Source: Takakia lepidozioides
Taxonomy: Eukaryota; Plantae; Bryophyta
Direction: 5' to 3'
Assembly: GCA_030704615.1 (NCBI GenBank)
Contig: CM060732.1
Coordinates: forward strand, 19,716,001 to 19,780,000
DNA length: 64,000 nucleotides
The notes under the pieces were generated by a model, which was not told the DNA's origin, did no database searches, and worked only from the letters and a program-made list of their open reading frames with translations. Made by a program: the position numbers and the translations under genes. Shown here in pieces: positions 39,646 through 52,200 of the stretch. Positions within the stretch are counted from its first letter, which is position 1. Each line of letters opens with the position of its first letter.

Positions 39646-40257
39646 CATATTTCATCAATTATCATATATATATATATATATATATATATACTGTCGTAAT
39701 CAATATAATAAGCAAGGTAGTTTGTTTTGTTTTGTGGTTGAGATCTCCCAGACCGCAAGCCTCTGCCCGGGGTTTTGATACCGCTGGAAAGCCCTCAATG
39801 AGTAGGGGTGCAACGATGTTGTTTCATAAGTTTTGGACTTGCACTGTGGGAGATATTGAATTTTACGTATTTTTTGTCACTAAAAATTCATCAAATTAGC
39901 AAATTGGATTTTTCTGGAATATTGGCCCTTCATTTGTCTTTTGGTGTACTTAGTAAAATGACGGTACAATATGTGCTCAATGGCACATGCCACCACTAGT
40001 CAATATATTAAGCAAGGTAATTTGTTTGTTTTGTTTTGTTTTGTTTGTCACGTTCAGATCACCCAAACCACAAATCCTTTGCCCGGATACTGTTGTAAGG
40101 TCTCGATGAATAGGGGGGCATCGAGGTGGTTCCATAATTTTTGGACCTACGGTGTGAGCCTAGATACTGAATTTCAAGTATTTTTGTGACTGAAAATTCA
40201 TGACAATTATAAATTGGAACTTGAATATTGGCCTTTCATTTGTCTTTTGGTACACAT

Positions 40258-40844
40258 TGTTACCGGAAGACAATAGGAATAATGTAAGAACTTCATGGAC
40301 GCGTGTGATCTGATAGTACAACCTGGGCTCCTCCGGCGGGGCCCCTACCAAATCCTCCCCACCCCCTCTTACTTCAGTTTCACTATTAAATACTTAAAAA
40401 TCCGAGAGGGTTGTAAGCTGTGGTGGGTAGCGTGACGGTAAGGTTACAAGATTGCAAGCAGCGAAGTTCTGAGTTTGATTCTTGATGGGAGGCTCTTGTA
40501 GTGTAACTCTGGTCGATGTAACCCTCCAATTGGCGGTTTCTCATCTAACTCTGGTTAGTCCATTTTATACTTAGCCACATTTGGACTTAGTCAAATTTCG
40601 AGACCAAGTGTGAGTTACACCGACTGGAGTTACACTCCATTCTGTGTAACCCCGAGTGGAGTTACACACCTCGTCGTGTAACCCCGTGTAACTTTGACTG
40701 GAGTTGACACTCCTTCAGTTCCATGTCACTCTCAAGAGAGGGTGGGGAAGATTGGACATGTAGGAAACCGGCGTACCGTCCTATCAGAGGTTGCATGTGT
40801 GCATTAAGTTCTTACGCTATTCCTATTATCTTCCCATGGTTACC
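40258..40844. mobile_element. Fold-back element with ~110-bp imperfect TIRs
   Basis: gttaccggaagacaataggaata...ccaaatcctccccacc is mirrored by gggtggggaagattgg...tattcctattatcttcccatggttacc; second copy inverted at 61193-61672. Confidence 0.7.
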
Positions 40845-40864
40845 TATCAATATAAATACATATC

Positions 40865-41083
40865 GCCAACGTCATTAGCTCAGTTGATTAGTGCATTGAA
40901 CCCAGATGATTTTGGGGTCAAATCCTGACTTGACGGGTGTGGTATGTTCTTCTCCCCCATCCCGTGGGCGGTGTCCCATCAGAAAGCCTTCACGGCGAGG
41001 TTACTATGAAAAAAGTTATTTTCTCCTCTCACTATCAAATGGCCTGATTTATGAGGTGTTTCTTTTAAAAATAAAAATAAAAA
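40865..41083 (+). mobile_element. tRNA-derived SINE (family A, copy 2)
   Basis: Colinear with 6590-6804; A/B boxes, A-rich tail, TSD acatatc. Confidence 0.78.
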
Positions 41084-42967
41084 ACATATCCAGACGGTAC
41101 AATATGTGTTCAATGGCAGAGGGCATATATAGTAGTATCAATATATGAAGCGAGACGTTTGCTTTGTTTTATTTTGTTTTGTTTTGTCCCATTGAGACGT
41201 CCCGAACCGCAAGGCCCCAACACTGGTGCTTGGTACCGTTGGAAAGCCCTCGATGAGGAGGGGTGCACCGGCTTGGTCTCATGATTTTTGGGCCTGCGGT
41301 GTGGGAGATATGGAATTTCAAGTACTTTGGGTCGCTGGAAATTCGCAAAAAATAGCAAAGTGGGCTTTCCTGGGACAATGATTGGAGCCTAGACGGGAGA
41401 TATATCAATAATGATTAGTACTCAATAAATTCATGGAAAATAATAAATCGGGCCTTGACATTGGAGACGTATTTGGATACATAGAAGATTGCACACCGGG
41501 CTTAGATGGGCCTCAACATAGGAGACGCATATGGGAGATGCCCTTGGATACATAGGAGACGCATTTGGATACACTTGGGCTTAGATGACAGTGGACACTT
41601 GGGCCTCTACATGGGAGATGCACTTGGATACATAGAAGATTGCACTTGGGCTTAGATGGGCCTCGACATAGGAGACGCACTGGGATACATAGGAAATTGC
41701 ACTTGGTCTTAGATTTCAATTCTTCACACATGGGCCAACGGCATAGGCTACCCTAGAGGTCGCACTTGGACCTTGACATAGGAGAGGCACTTGGATACAT
41801 AAGAGATTGCACTCGGGCTTAGATGCAAGTGGACAATTGGGCCAACGTCACATGCTACCCTAGTATTAGTAAATTGGAAGGTGCTCACCATGGGTTAAAC
41901 TTTTGAGGGTTTCAAAAACTGGGTTATTTCTTATTTGGTAGTTTTATCATAATTAATATTTAGAAGTGATGTAACATTTGCATTGAATACGTGACTCAGA
42001 AAACAAAAGAAAAAGAGAGGAAAAAAACAAAAGAAGAAAAAAGAAAGAAAGGAAGTAATACTAGAGCATATTTCAATTGTTTTTGGGCAACTTAAATTTG
42101 ATGACGATGATGTGGCGATGATGACCTCGCAATGATGATGTGGCACTATGGCACCCTACTCCTGCTCTACGTAAAACTAGTCTCCCCCCTTCGATCATCA
42201 CTAGAATTATAGTGAGTCCAAGGTAGAAGGGGGTGGGGATCCGGCAAAAGTACCATCCAATCGATATCTTACAAGTGACATCTAGTGGGGAGAGGCAGAA
42301 ATGACAATGGCAGGTTTGTCTTGAGCACATATGCATAAAATTGACCCAGCAGCCCCCCACACTTTCACACCCACTCGTATATCAGACCCTAAAGATAGTT
42401 TTGTAGAGTTTTTTCCATGCACTGCCCAGTAGTCGATTTGTGTGATAGAGAGGATGTGGAGAACAAACCACACACTAAAACAATTGCACATCAGTTCAAC
42501 ACTTTCAACACTTCAGGTGTAACGCAACTTGCATCAAGAAATAATCCAGCCATACTCTTTTCAGTGAACACTGTTCAAAAGTCGTGTCCCCATTCGACAG
42601 AGTCGACAAAACCTGTTTTATGAGTCTGCAATCTCTTCATTACAAAGTACAAGTTGATATGCTCACTGCAACAACTGCCAACAGCCGTTTAGAGACATGT
42701 GTGCTGGGATCAGTCAACCTGATTGCCCACTGTGTTGGAAGATTAAAGTTGGTTCTTAACCAATTCTCCACTACAACCAGTTGGCAATTTTTGCTCCTGC
42801 AAGTCACTCGGCTTCTACATCAAGAGAGTCAAGGAAACTAAAAGCTTACAAAAGGGCTTTCTCAAAGCTTACCTACAACCCCACCTACGTACCCGTTTGA
42901 GATGTCAGATATGGAAACAGACACAGGCGTAAGGGGGGACTTTAGCTGCCACGGCTGGTGAAAAAGT

Positions 42968-45900
42968 CTAGTAAATTGGACATCCCTCTGCTACTGGGGG
43001 CTGTACACACCGAACACCAAAAGGATCCATTAGAGGGGGTTCTGTAAGATAAGCCTGAAGCTCCCTGCGAAACTCGGCAACCATCACAAGGGCCTCTTCA
43101 CCTGGTTGTTCTCGGGCAGCAATAACAGCTGCCAGGTATTTGCGTTTGACCAGATCCATTTTCTCTCTGTCTTCCTTAGCCTCCTTGGGGACAGCAATGA
43201 CGAGCTCTTCATCATTCTTGCCTGAAACACGCACTAAGACTTGTTCGGGAATGGTGGACAGCATGTCCACCCGATATGGTGGACCCTCCACTTCATCCTG
43301 CCAAGTCACACACCATTAGTTGAATCACGACCCTCTTACGACAATATGCTCAGAAAGCGGAGAATGTATCTCCTGAGGAAGAGGCCACAACAGGATTAGC
43401 AAGGCCTACATTTGTGAGTGGGCATTTTTTTCACGGTAGTTGCAAGTTGAAGTCATTCTGAGTTATTTGCAGGGCATGACATAACTAGATAACGAGACTA
43501 AGGGGAAGTTAGACACCCAAATCAAAGCAAATGCCTTACAAGTAATTCCAAAACAATTTGGGCAAGATGATCACAAGCATGGAGTAATTTAACCCGCCTC
43601 TGAAAACTAGTCACTGCCAACTATCATTTGACTTCCAAATTTCACCATAAACATGATAGGCAGGATTTTTCAGTATCGGTCATTGGAGATAGATTGTTCC
43701 TTGCTTTTTATTGCAGAGCCTTTTTGGTGACTGGCAGTGACCTGCTTCTCACACCCAGCTGCTCAAAACATGGTATGTGGAAGCTAGTACCTGCGGGGCG
43801 CCATCTACTGTGCAACTAGCCTCCACGGCATCCAGCTGATATCGCAGAGTTAACACCTGGCAGCGCAACCCATTCAACTCAGCTTCCATGCTCGCTGCAT
43901 TGCAGATTGTCTTGTCCATGTTGATTTCTGCCTGCTCCAGTAGTGACTGCATCTCTCCAAGTTCATGCTGTTCCCCACATACAATGCTACTTGTCATGCT
44001 ATCTGTCAAGGGAGATTGCACTTCCCCACTTTCATATGCCTTGGCAGATGAAATCCATCAATTCTCGGACTGAAAGATAAACAGTGCAAATAGTTTCATA
44101 CATATCTGACAGAATAAAGAAAGTGACTGGCATGTTACCAAGTGGCACTGCACAAAACCCAGCCAGAACAAGGAGAGTATCCCAGAATGCCTCAGTAAAG
44201 AGCATAATATTTTGTGAAAAAAGGTATAGAAGGTATGATTAACTTCATTTGCTCAAGAAAGCAGATCACACTTCACCACCATGAGATGAGGCTGAGCACC
44301 AAGTAAAGGTGATAGTGGTCAAATATACATATCTACCATGTTGGGTAAAGTCTCTGACTGGGTTAAGTAGACAAATATCCGCATGCCTTTGCTGAGCCAG
44401 TTGAAGATGCTTGAAAATAGAAAGCTCATGAAGAAAGTGGCTGTGGTAGTCCTGCCTACTACAAGGATGGCAACAAATGCAGGCATTAGAGTAGAATGAA
44501 AGTTGACAGGACAGGGATGTACATGCTTTTTAGATAGATCAATACAAGCAGATTGGGTGATACGGTCTCTCTCTGACAGTTCCTGCTGCAATGTTTCAAT
44601 CTGTGTCTGTAACCGCAGCACATCCATATCCCTTCTTGCCTTGTTGCAAGCCACCTCAGCTGATGACTGGTTAGCTGTGGTCTCCAAGAGGCTATCCTTC
44701 TCAGAGAGTTGCTTCTTCAACTCCTCAATCTCATTTAATAACTGGCGCGTGCTCTGAAAAGGCCGATTGGCCATGGCTTCCAACAGGGCATCCTTCTCCC
44801 AAAGTTTCTGCTTCAGCTCATGAATCTGACTTTGGAGGTGGTCCGTTTCAGCAGGCAGGGGCAGGACCGTGCTATTCAACAGACGATCCTTCTCCCAAAG
44901 CTTCTGCCTCAGTTCATCAATTTCCATCTGTAGCTCATGTGTGTTCTCGCGAGGGGACTGACACCGGGGGAAATACTCCTCAGCATGAGTTTCTTCCTCT
45001 ACCCTCCGCAAGATGTTTTCGCTTTCCTCCCACACCGGGTTATCTTCTCTTGTTTCTTCACACTTGACATGCAGCCGCCGTGGGGTCAATCCCTTATTGG
45101 GTCTTGCAGGACTTTCAGATCTCTGCCACAAATTACACCTTAGTCCCCCATGGCTATTTCCAGATTGCAAAGAAGCAATTAGGAAGATAAATAAATTTTT
45201 CTGGCAAGCAGACCACTATTTCACCCATACCAGGAGTCTTGATCTCAACAGTAGGTTACCATATACAATAGTAACAAATGCTAGCATCTAGGTCTGTCCT
45301 TTCTCCATACAGATAACTTTGCAGATCACCACCATCCGCAACTTTACACAAGGCACAGTGGGAGCGTGGGTACCTTTCTATAGGGTGAAATCCGAGGTGG
45401 AGCAGCCGTGTAGACCATGGACGCACGGTGGGCAAACATCGTCCGCCCCCCTTGCTGGTCCTGCAGAGAGTACAATCCATCCCCTTTCCAATTGGTCAAT
45501 CAGAGAGACAAATTGCCCCAAGATTACGAAAAAGAGGCTGTTTCGTGTTCAGCTAGCCACCTTCACATTAATGGGTCCTCCTGCAGCTGTAGTACAGCCA
45601 GTCAGAGAAGGCTGGTAGCAGAAGCAACATACCCATGGGCGAACTACTTGCAAATTCCCTTTTCACAACAACTGGTTTCTGATACCGGAGGATTTTAAAA
45701 GCCTGTGCCTTTCCTCTCCCAACATAAAATCCATTCAATAAACCAGGAGAAGAAATTGGGTGCTGTGAACCTTGCAACAGAGAAGCCCCACAAAGACATA
45801 CCATGAAGCTCTCCATGAGGGGAATCATCTCCACTAAATTCTGGTACAGAGCAGGGTCCACTGGAGAAGTAGGTGACCCCCCATTGTTTCCAGGGGAGGC

Positions 45901-46509
45901 CCCAAAGCCCCGCACAGCCTCCATTGTTGTCGCACTACCACCTTGTGACCCTAAAGTCACTCCCCACTGCCTGCGCTCCTTGCGACCACGCTGAGGAATG
46001 CGATTATGGCCACTGAGGTTGCTCCCACTCTTCGCAAGGGAGGGAATACTAGAGCTGACGTCAGTAAAAGGGATCCGTTTCGGTGTGCCTGCAGCAAGAT
46101 AGTTTCCAAGGGGCAGCACTATAGGGAACCGAGTGGGATCGTCTGCAAAATTTGAATTTTCAGTTGCAGGAATATCTGAGGCCAGATTGAAGAAGAGATC
46201 ACGTGAACGCGGAGATCCAACGTCACTGCATATTTGGCGAAATGGATCGTGACTTTGCGTGCTGATGGCGCACAAGGCGGGGGTGGGCATAGACGACCCG
46301 TTGGAGCCTCTCCATTGCGGAAATTCGTGGGGAAGAGCGTCTTTCCGCAACCGAGGTCTCATGTGCTCCAAGTGGGCCATTGTCCTGCACCAATGCGCTC
46401 CCCCACCCTCCTCCCTCCCTTCCTCGCTACTCTTGAAACTAATTCGTCTACGAACGTATGGGCAGAGGCCATTACAAAACGTCGTCTTTCTTGCGGAGGT
46501 TTTCTTCAC
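42968..46509 (-). CDS. MPB2C: MICROTUBULE BINDING PROTEIN 2C-like coiled-coil protein, 5 exons (start codon uncertain)
   Basis: Exons 46509(?)-45802, 45460-45374, 45122-44523, 43967-43791, 43297-42968. Motifs LYQNLVEMIPLMESFM-DQ..RASMVYT, LxxKLxEKDxLL and C-terminal KMDLVKRKYLAAVIAAREQPGEEAL. Confidence 0.82.
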
Positions 46510-49218
46510 TTGGATATGGTGCTCTCAAAGCTGTTTCTCGCAATGCCACCATACGGCAACACCTCTGTGGCCCAGCCTCCCCCTGAGTCTAAAGGATCAC
46601 AACAAGAAGCAATCTGTGCATTGCTTGGGGGCAAATTTACTGCGTGATTTCTGCCTCGCAGTATGTCGCATGTAATCTACCAAGATTCAAAGAACAGACA
46701 CCCTGAGCATGGTGGCTGTACACAGATCAAAAGAGCCTATTCACCACCACAATGCGAGCCCACTCACCACAATCTCCCAGGGACAGAACGGCAAGCGAAC
46801 AAAGAAGAGCACGGCAGAAAAGTATAATAACACTCTCACTGTCTACAAGTGTCAATAAACAGGAAACTGTCCGTGGCAACGGCAAACAGACAACCGTGCT
46901 CCACTACTCCTGGCAGCTCGCACGTCCACGTCCAAGGCCCTTGGCTGGCGCATTCAGATCCTAGCTTTCCACCATCATCTTCCCAACTGAAAACATAAAG
47001 CTGAGCTGAATGTACATGTCCCCATCACGCACGTCCGGGTGGGCCATGGCGGGTCCCAGAGATCCACAAACACACCAAATCCAACACAGATCGCCACACT
47101 TTCAGAAATTCTCCAGCGCCAACGGACAAACCCGCGTCTAGTGATTCCGCTCCATCAATCCAGCTTCCACAGCAGATCGATCAGACCATCAGATCATTCG
47201 AACCTCCGCAGCAGATCGAGAGAGCATTCAAACCAACAGTGTCAATTCTAACGGATCTTGCACACTCCCGGACCCCACTTCTCCCTCCCCCCACCTCCGA
47301 CTCGTTCGGCCCCCCAAACCTTACGCCCAGCTCCGGAACTAGCTGCGGCAATGGCTCGGTGACTGGGTCAGGATCTTCCAGAGCTACAACCGAAGCTATG
47401 GAGATTCGGGACAGGTTGGGTTGGAACTGAACGGTTCTATATGGGATCCTCACATCTGGACGCCTCGTTGCCAACCCCTCGGAGCATCTCAGCGGTCCAT
47501 AAACTGACCAATTTTAGTAGATTTCACAGTGTCACATATTACTGAACCAGTAGGAGCTGGCCATGTGGAAGCTACTTTCCATCTGTTCACACCGAGCTTA
47601 CGTGTTCGCACATGCAGCGTGGCTATGGCGCCAGGTCTTCGGTGGGGTTTTGGAGGAGGAAGGGGAGCGAGCATGCGGGCTGAATTTTGGTGAGGAGGGA
47701 TTCACAACAGTTCGTGGAGAGGCTGCTGATCCAGTTTGTGTTCGAGGACCGACCGACCAACGCTAGGCCGCCGCAGGCAGTGAGAAGTTGCGTTGGGATT
47801 GCTGCGCAAAGGTTTTTGTTCACCGTGAATTTGGATGGCATGCCTCCCTATTTTCCCAAGTTTGTGGTATGCTGCTGGGGATTTTGTGTGAGTTTTGCAA
47901 GATTTGTGTAGAGATATTTGTGACGTTTGTTGAGTGATTTTGTATGCGTGCTGACGATAACTCGTTGTTTCCCTGAAACTATGAGAACTGAGTGTTTGTG
48001 TGCATATTTGTTGTGGTGACAGTGATCTCTCATTTATTTGCGTGTTTTCTCTTGCAAAGCTTTGTTTGGTTTGCGAAAGTAGTGTAGGGATATTGATGAT
48101 CATAGTAAGGGGTTGTGTGCGTGATACAGTAGGCGTACTTTCAGGAACTTGGTATCTCCTTTAAATTCTGGTAATTGTTTGCAGACGTACCGTGATGAGA
48201 ATGATTCCTATGTTTGTTTCTAGTTTTTCTGTCGTCTTTGTGTCCTCTACTAGTTTCGACTAGGTCTACATTTCATTTAGAACAATTTTCTTGCCTCTCA
48301 GTTTCATTCTCCCTTAAGTTGTCCTGTTGTACTAGTTCTTCTTCATTTTTTTTTCTCACATCAAGACTCGTTGCCTTTGGGGTTTAGGTGCTGCTATGTC
48401 TCTTTGTGCTTGATGCCAGCAATTTGTCCGGAGAGTCTCTTGAGCACCTTAGTTGTAAATCACTTACTTCCCCATTATTGTTGCGCTCTACATATGCACG
48501 GTGTTCTATCTTGTTTGGGTTGGGCTTGCAGAGAGTGAGAGGTGGTAGAAAAGAAAAAGGGTAAGAACGCCTGGTTGTGTGCAGTGCACATATTGAGGGC
48601 TGTTGTCTCCATCGAAGGTGGCGGTGTGAAGGGGTAGCTCAGGTAAAGAGGGAGATCAACACTTCACTCTCTTATAAGCAAACTTTCGTCATTTGTATAT
48701 AGATTTCTGCGTGGAGCTTGGACAAGCGGGAGGGAGCGTAAGGCCAGTTGAGAGGGTGAAGAGGGGGAGAGGGAGAGGGACAATGGGGAATAAGAAAAAC
48801 GAGACAAGGACAAACAGGGGAGAGGAAGCACACATGAATTTATGTGCGAAACCCAAGAGTGGGACGCAGTGGTATTATGGCCTGTGTAAGTTGTGCCTAG
48901 CTGTGGAGCTTCCTGGAGCAAAGGAGGGAGCGATGGAGCTTGAGGGGCTTCGCTCAGACCAAAGATGTCACTCTTGGTTTGCCTCATAGCTTTCTAATCT
49001 CAGTCCTAGCAGCTCTTTGCCAATGAAATGGAAAAGAAAAGACCACATGTGCTTGTCTTCACAGGTTAATTCTCTTGTTAGTTCATTCATCTCTGACGGT
49101 GAGATTGTCTCTGGTATTTTTCATCAACTCTTTTTTGTTTGTCTGTGAAATGTGTGTTGGCCATGAAATTCTGACTGAAGGTTAGCAGTAAGAGGGAGGA
49201 TCAATCACAGTCACAACC

Positions 49219-52200
49219 ATGAGCAGTCGTGCAAGCCGGACAATCTATGTTGGGAACCTTCCTGGTGATGTCCGGGAGCGGGAGATAGAGGATCTCTTTT
49301 ACAAGGTAGGTTTATCTTCGGTGCTGGGCTTTAGATTTTTCTCTTCGAGGATTTGTGACATACTTATAGTCTCTTGCATGGCTTCGTCCATTGCTCAATT
49401 GTTTGGCAGTTTTCAGGGTATAGCTCCTTGATTTGACTGTTTTCTGTTGGTGATATTCTCTATGTGTCCATCTATTTGCAGTATGGACGCATTGTGGATA
49501 TTGATTTAAAGTTACCCCCACGACCTCCAGGATATTGCTTCATTGAGGTAAGCTTTCTCGCTTTTATTGCACACAAATAGCAAATCCTGTTACCTTCATG
49601 TTATCAGATAAATCATTGTGAATCTTCATCGTCCGAGGACGATGTATGCTCTTTGCGCTGGAGTGCAATATGTATGTCAGAGTGTGTCTAACAGGAAGCT
49701 TTCACATGTCAAGAATGTGCTCAGAGCCTGGTAACAACGCCACAGAAGACCCACGTCTTGGTAACACAGCTTTGTAGGCCTTAATAGATTATTTCCTGTT
49801 GGTCTCTTGACTCGTGTCCCTAGCTGTTTTAATGAAAACTAAACCCCATCACACTGGTATTTCTTGCAGTTTGAGGATGCTCGGGATGCAGAGGATGCTA
49901 TCAGGGGGCGTGATGGCTACAACTTTGATGGAAGCCGGCTCCGGGTAGGTTATAGCTCTGTTTGCTGGCCACCACCCTGTTTTGGTGATTGTCGGCTGGA
50001 TGAGGCCTTTTCTATGGAGCACCTCTCACCACTGCACTATTTGGCCATCTATCATCTGATTTCTACCATGGTTCACAAAAGAATTCACAGTGATGTGCTA
50101 TATATTAAGAAGTTGCTCATAGGAAGTAGCCTATGTTCTTGAAAATTTATGAAGCCTACTTCCACTTGTTGTGGGTACGAGTTTTTGAATTAGGGCTAAT
50201 CTTGTTAGAAGTCAGCTCAGATTTAGTTAGCTAGGGTTCTGTTAGGGTTTTTTGACGGCTAGGGATAGTTCTACCAGAAGGTTCCAGCCACCAGAAGTTT
50301 CTAGAGAACTCATGTAGGATTTAAGAGAAAGGCTGAGGCAATGCCCAGCACTTCTTCTAGCATTTTGGATGTGCTATCCTAGTAGATTGCAGAGAGAGGA
50401 GGAGGAGAAGTCCAGCATCTACTTTTGTAAGTTCTTTTCTTTTGCAGTAAGGAGCATTCTTGTTAGGACTGACACTTCTTGTTAGTACTAACTCTTTGGT
50501 TGGTTTAGGCTGTCAGTTTTTGTACTGCTGCTTGTGCTAGAAGCTATCTGTCAATATCACTAGGAGGTAGAGGACAGGTCTAGTTTCCAACAGGTTATGG
50601 GCCCACAAGACGTTACAACTACTTGGACAGTTGAGCCACTGGATGGCAACAACTATAAGAGTTGGATCTACACGATGCAGCTCCTGCTCTCTTCAAAGAG
50701 CCTATGGTCAATAGTGGCTAAAAAGCCTTCAGAGGATAACCTGAAGGAGGAGAGATGGATCCAAAAGAATGAGCTTGCAATGGCAGCTCTAGTCACAAAC
50801 ATGAGATCAAAGCTGGTAGTTTTGGTAAGGAATCTTACAACTGCTCATGAGGTCTGGCAGACCTTAAGTGAGGTGTATGAGGCAGATGCGATGGGGAAAG
50901 CATATGTCCTATGGAAACAGCTCATGGACTTGAGAATGAGAGAAGGTGAGAGTGTAGCCATTCACATTGCCACTGTTAAAGCCATGTGTCTGGAGATAAT
51001 TGATGCGGGAGAACCCATGACTGAATCACTTCAGATCATGACCTTGTTTGGCACCTTGCCAAAGAGTTATGACATGGTGGAAACCGCATTGGCTACTCAT
51101 GGTAAGAGTAGACTGAGTTGGAAGTATGTCACTTCACAACTCATCATGGAAGAAAGCAAGCTGACTAGGGGTAGCTCAAGTATGGACAATGCCCTGACGG
51201 CTACTTCCATCAAGAAAGATGGAGCATGTTTCCGATGCGGCAAATTTGGGCATTTCCAGAAGGACTGCAAGGTGAAGATTGACAAGCCCAAGAAGGACAA
51301 GTGGAGACCAAGGAAAGGGAAGTCTGTACATGCACATGTCGCTGACATGGGCAACGACAGTGAAGTTCACCTGTTTATGGCAGATGCAGCTTACAGTCGT
51401 GATGAAGACTACCTGCTGACTACTGAAGGAGAACACTGTGGAGATGAGTGGTATTTGGACTCTGGAGCTACTAACCACATGTGTGGGAGGAAGGAGTTGT
51501 TTCACAACTTGAAACCCATTCAGCCTAGGAGCGTAAAGATGGGCAACAAGACGTTTTCTGTAAGTACGATGATGGGAGAAATCCCTGTCAACTTTATCAG
51601 AAAAGAGAGTAAGGTTACCCGTTGTACCCTTCAGAAAGTCCTATATGTGCCAGACTTGGCAAAGAATCTGATCTCTGTTAGTACCTTGGATGAGCTTGGG
51701 TATGATGTCATTTTCAGAAACAATGCTTGCAGCATCCAGAAGGGCAACGAGGAACTCTGCTATGGAGTGAAGGAGCAGAGACTCTACAAGCTTTTGAGTA
51801 CATCTGGAACTCAGGAGGAGGCCAATGTTGGGGACACAATGGACACTGCACCATTGTGGCATAGAAGGTTGGGTCACTTGGGGACACAAGCGATCAAGGA
51901 TCTTCAAAAGTTGGCGTTGGGATTGAATGTGGACTGGTCACATGAGCTACAGTTCTGTGAAGGATGTGCTAAAGGGAAACAGCACAAGTCATCAATGCCC
52001 AAGGAATCTGCCACAAGAGCCAAGGAGAGGCTGGAGTTGATACACACAGATGTGTGTGGCCCCATGAAGACAACATCACTGGGAGGATCTAGGTACTTTG
52101 TCACCTTCACTGATGACATGAGTAGAAAGACTTTCTTATATCCCTTGAGAGAGAAAGGTCAAGTGCTGCAGGTCTTTAAGCAATTTGTGCATGAAGTAGA

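Larger units (their letters stand above)
39700..41863 (+). mobile_element. Head-to-tail Helitron array (units 39700-39999, 40000-41135, 41138-41863)
   Basis: A|TC starts, CTAG|T ends and a CTAG|TC junction at 39999/40000; unit 2 is interrupted by a fold-back element and a SINE. Confidence 0.78.

Noticed and set aside
40847-41135. ~65-bp minimal Helitron after SINE removal
   Set aside because: Better explained as the 3' end of the Helitron unit starting at 40000
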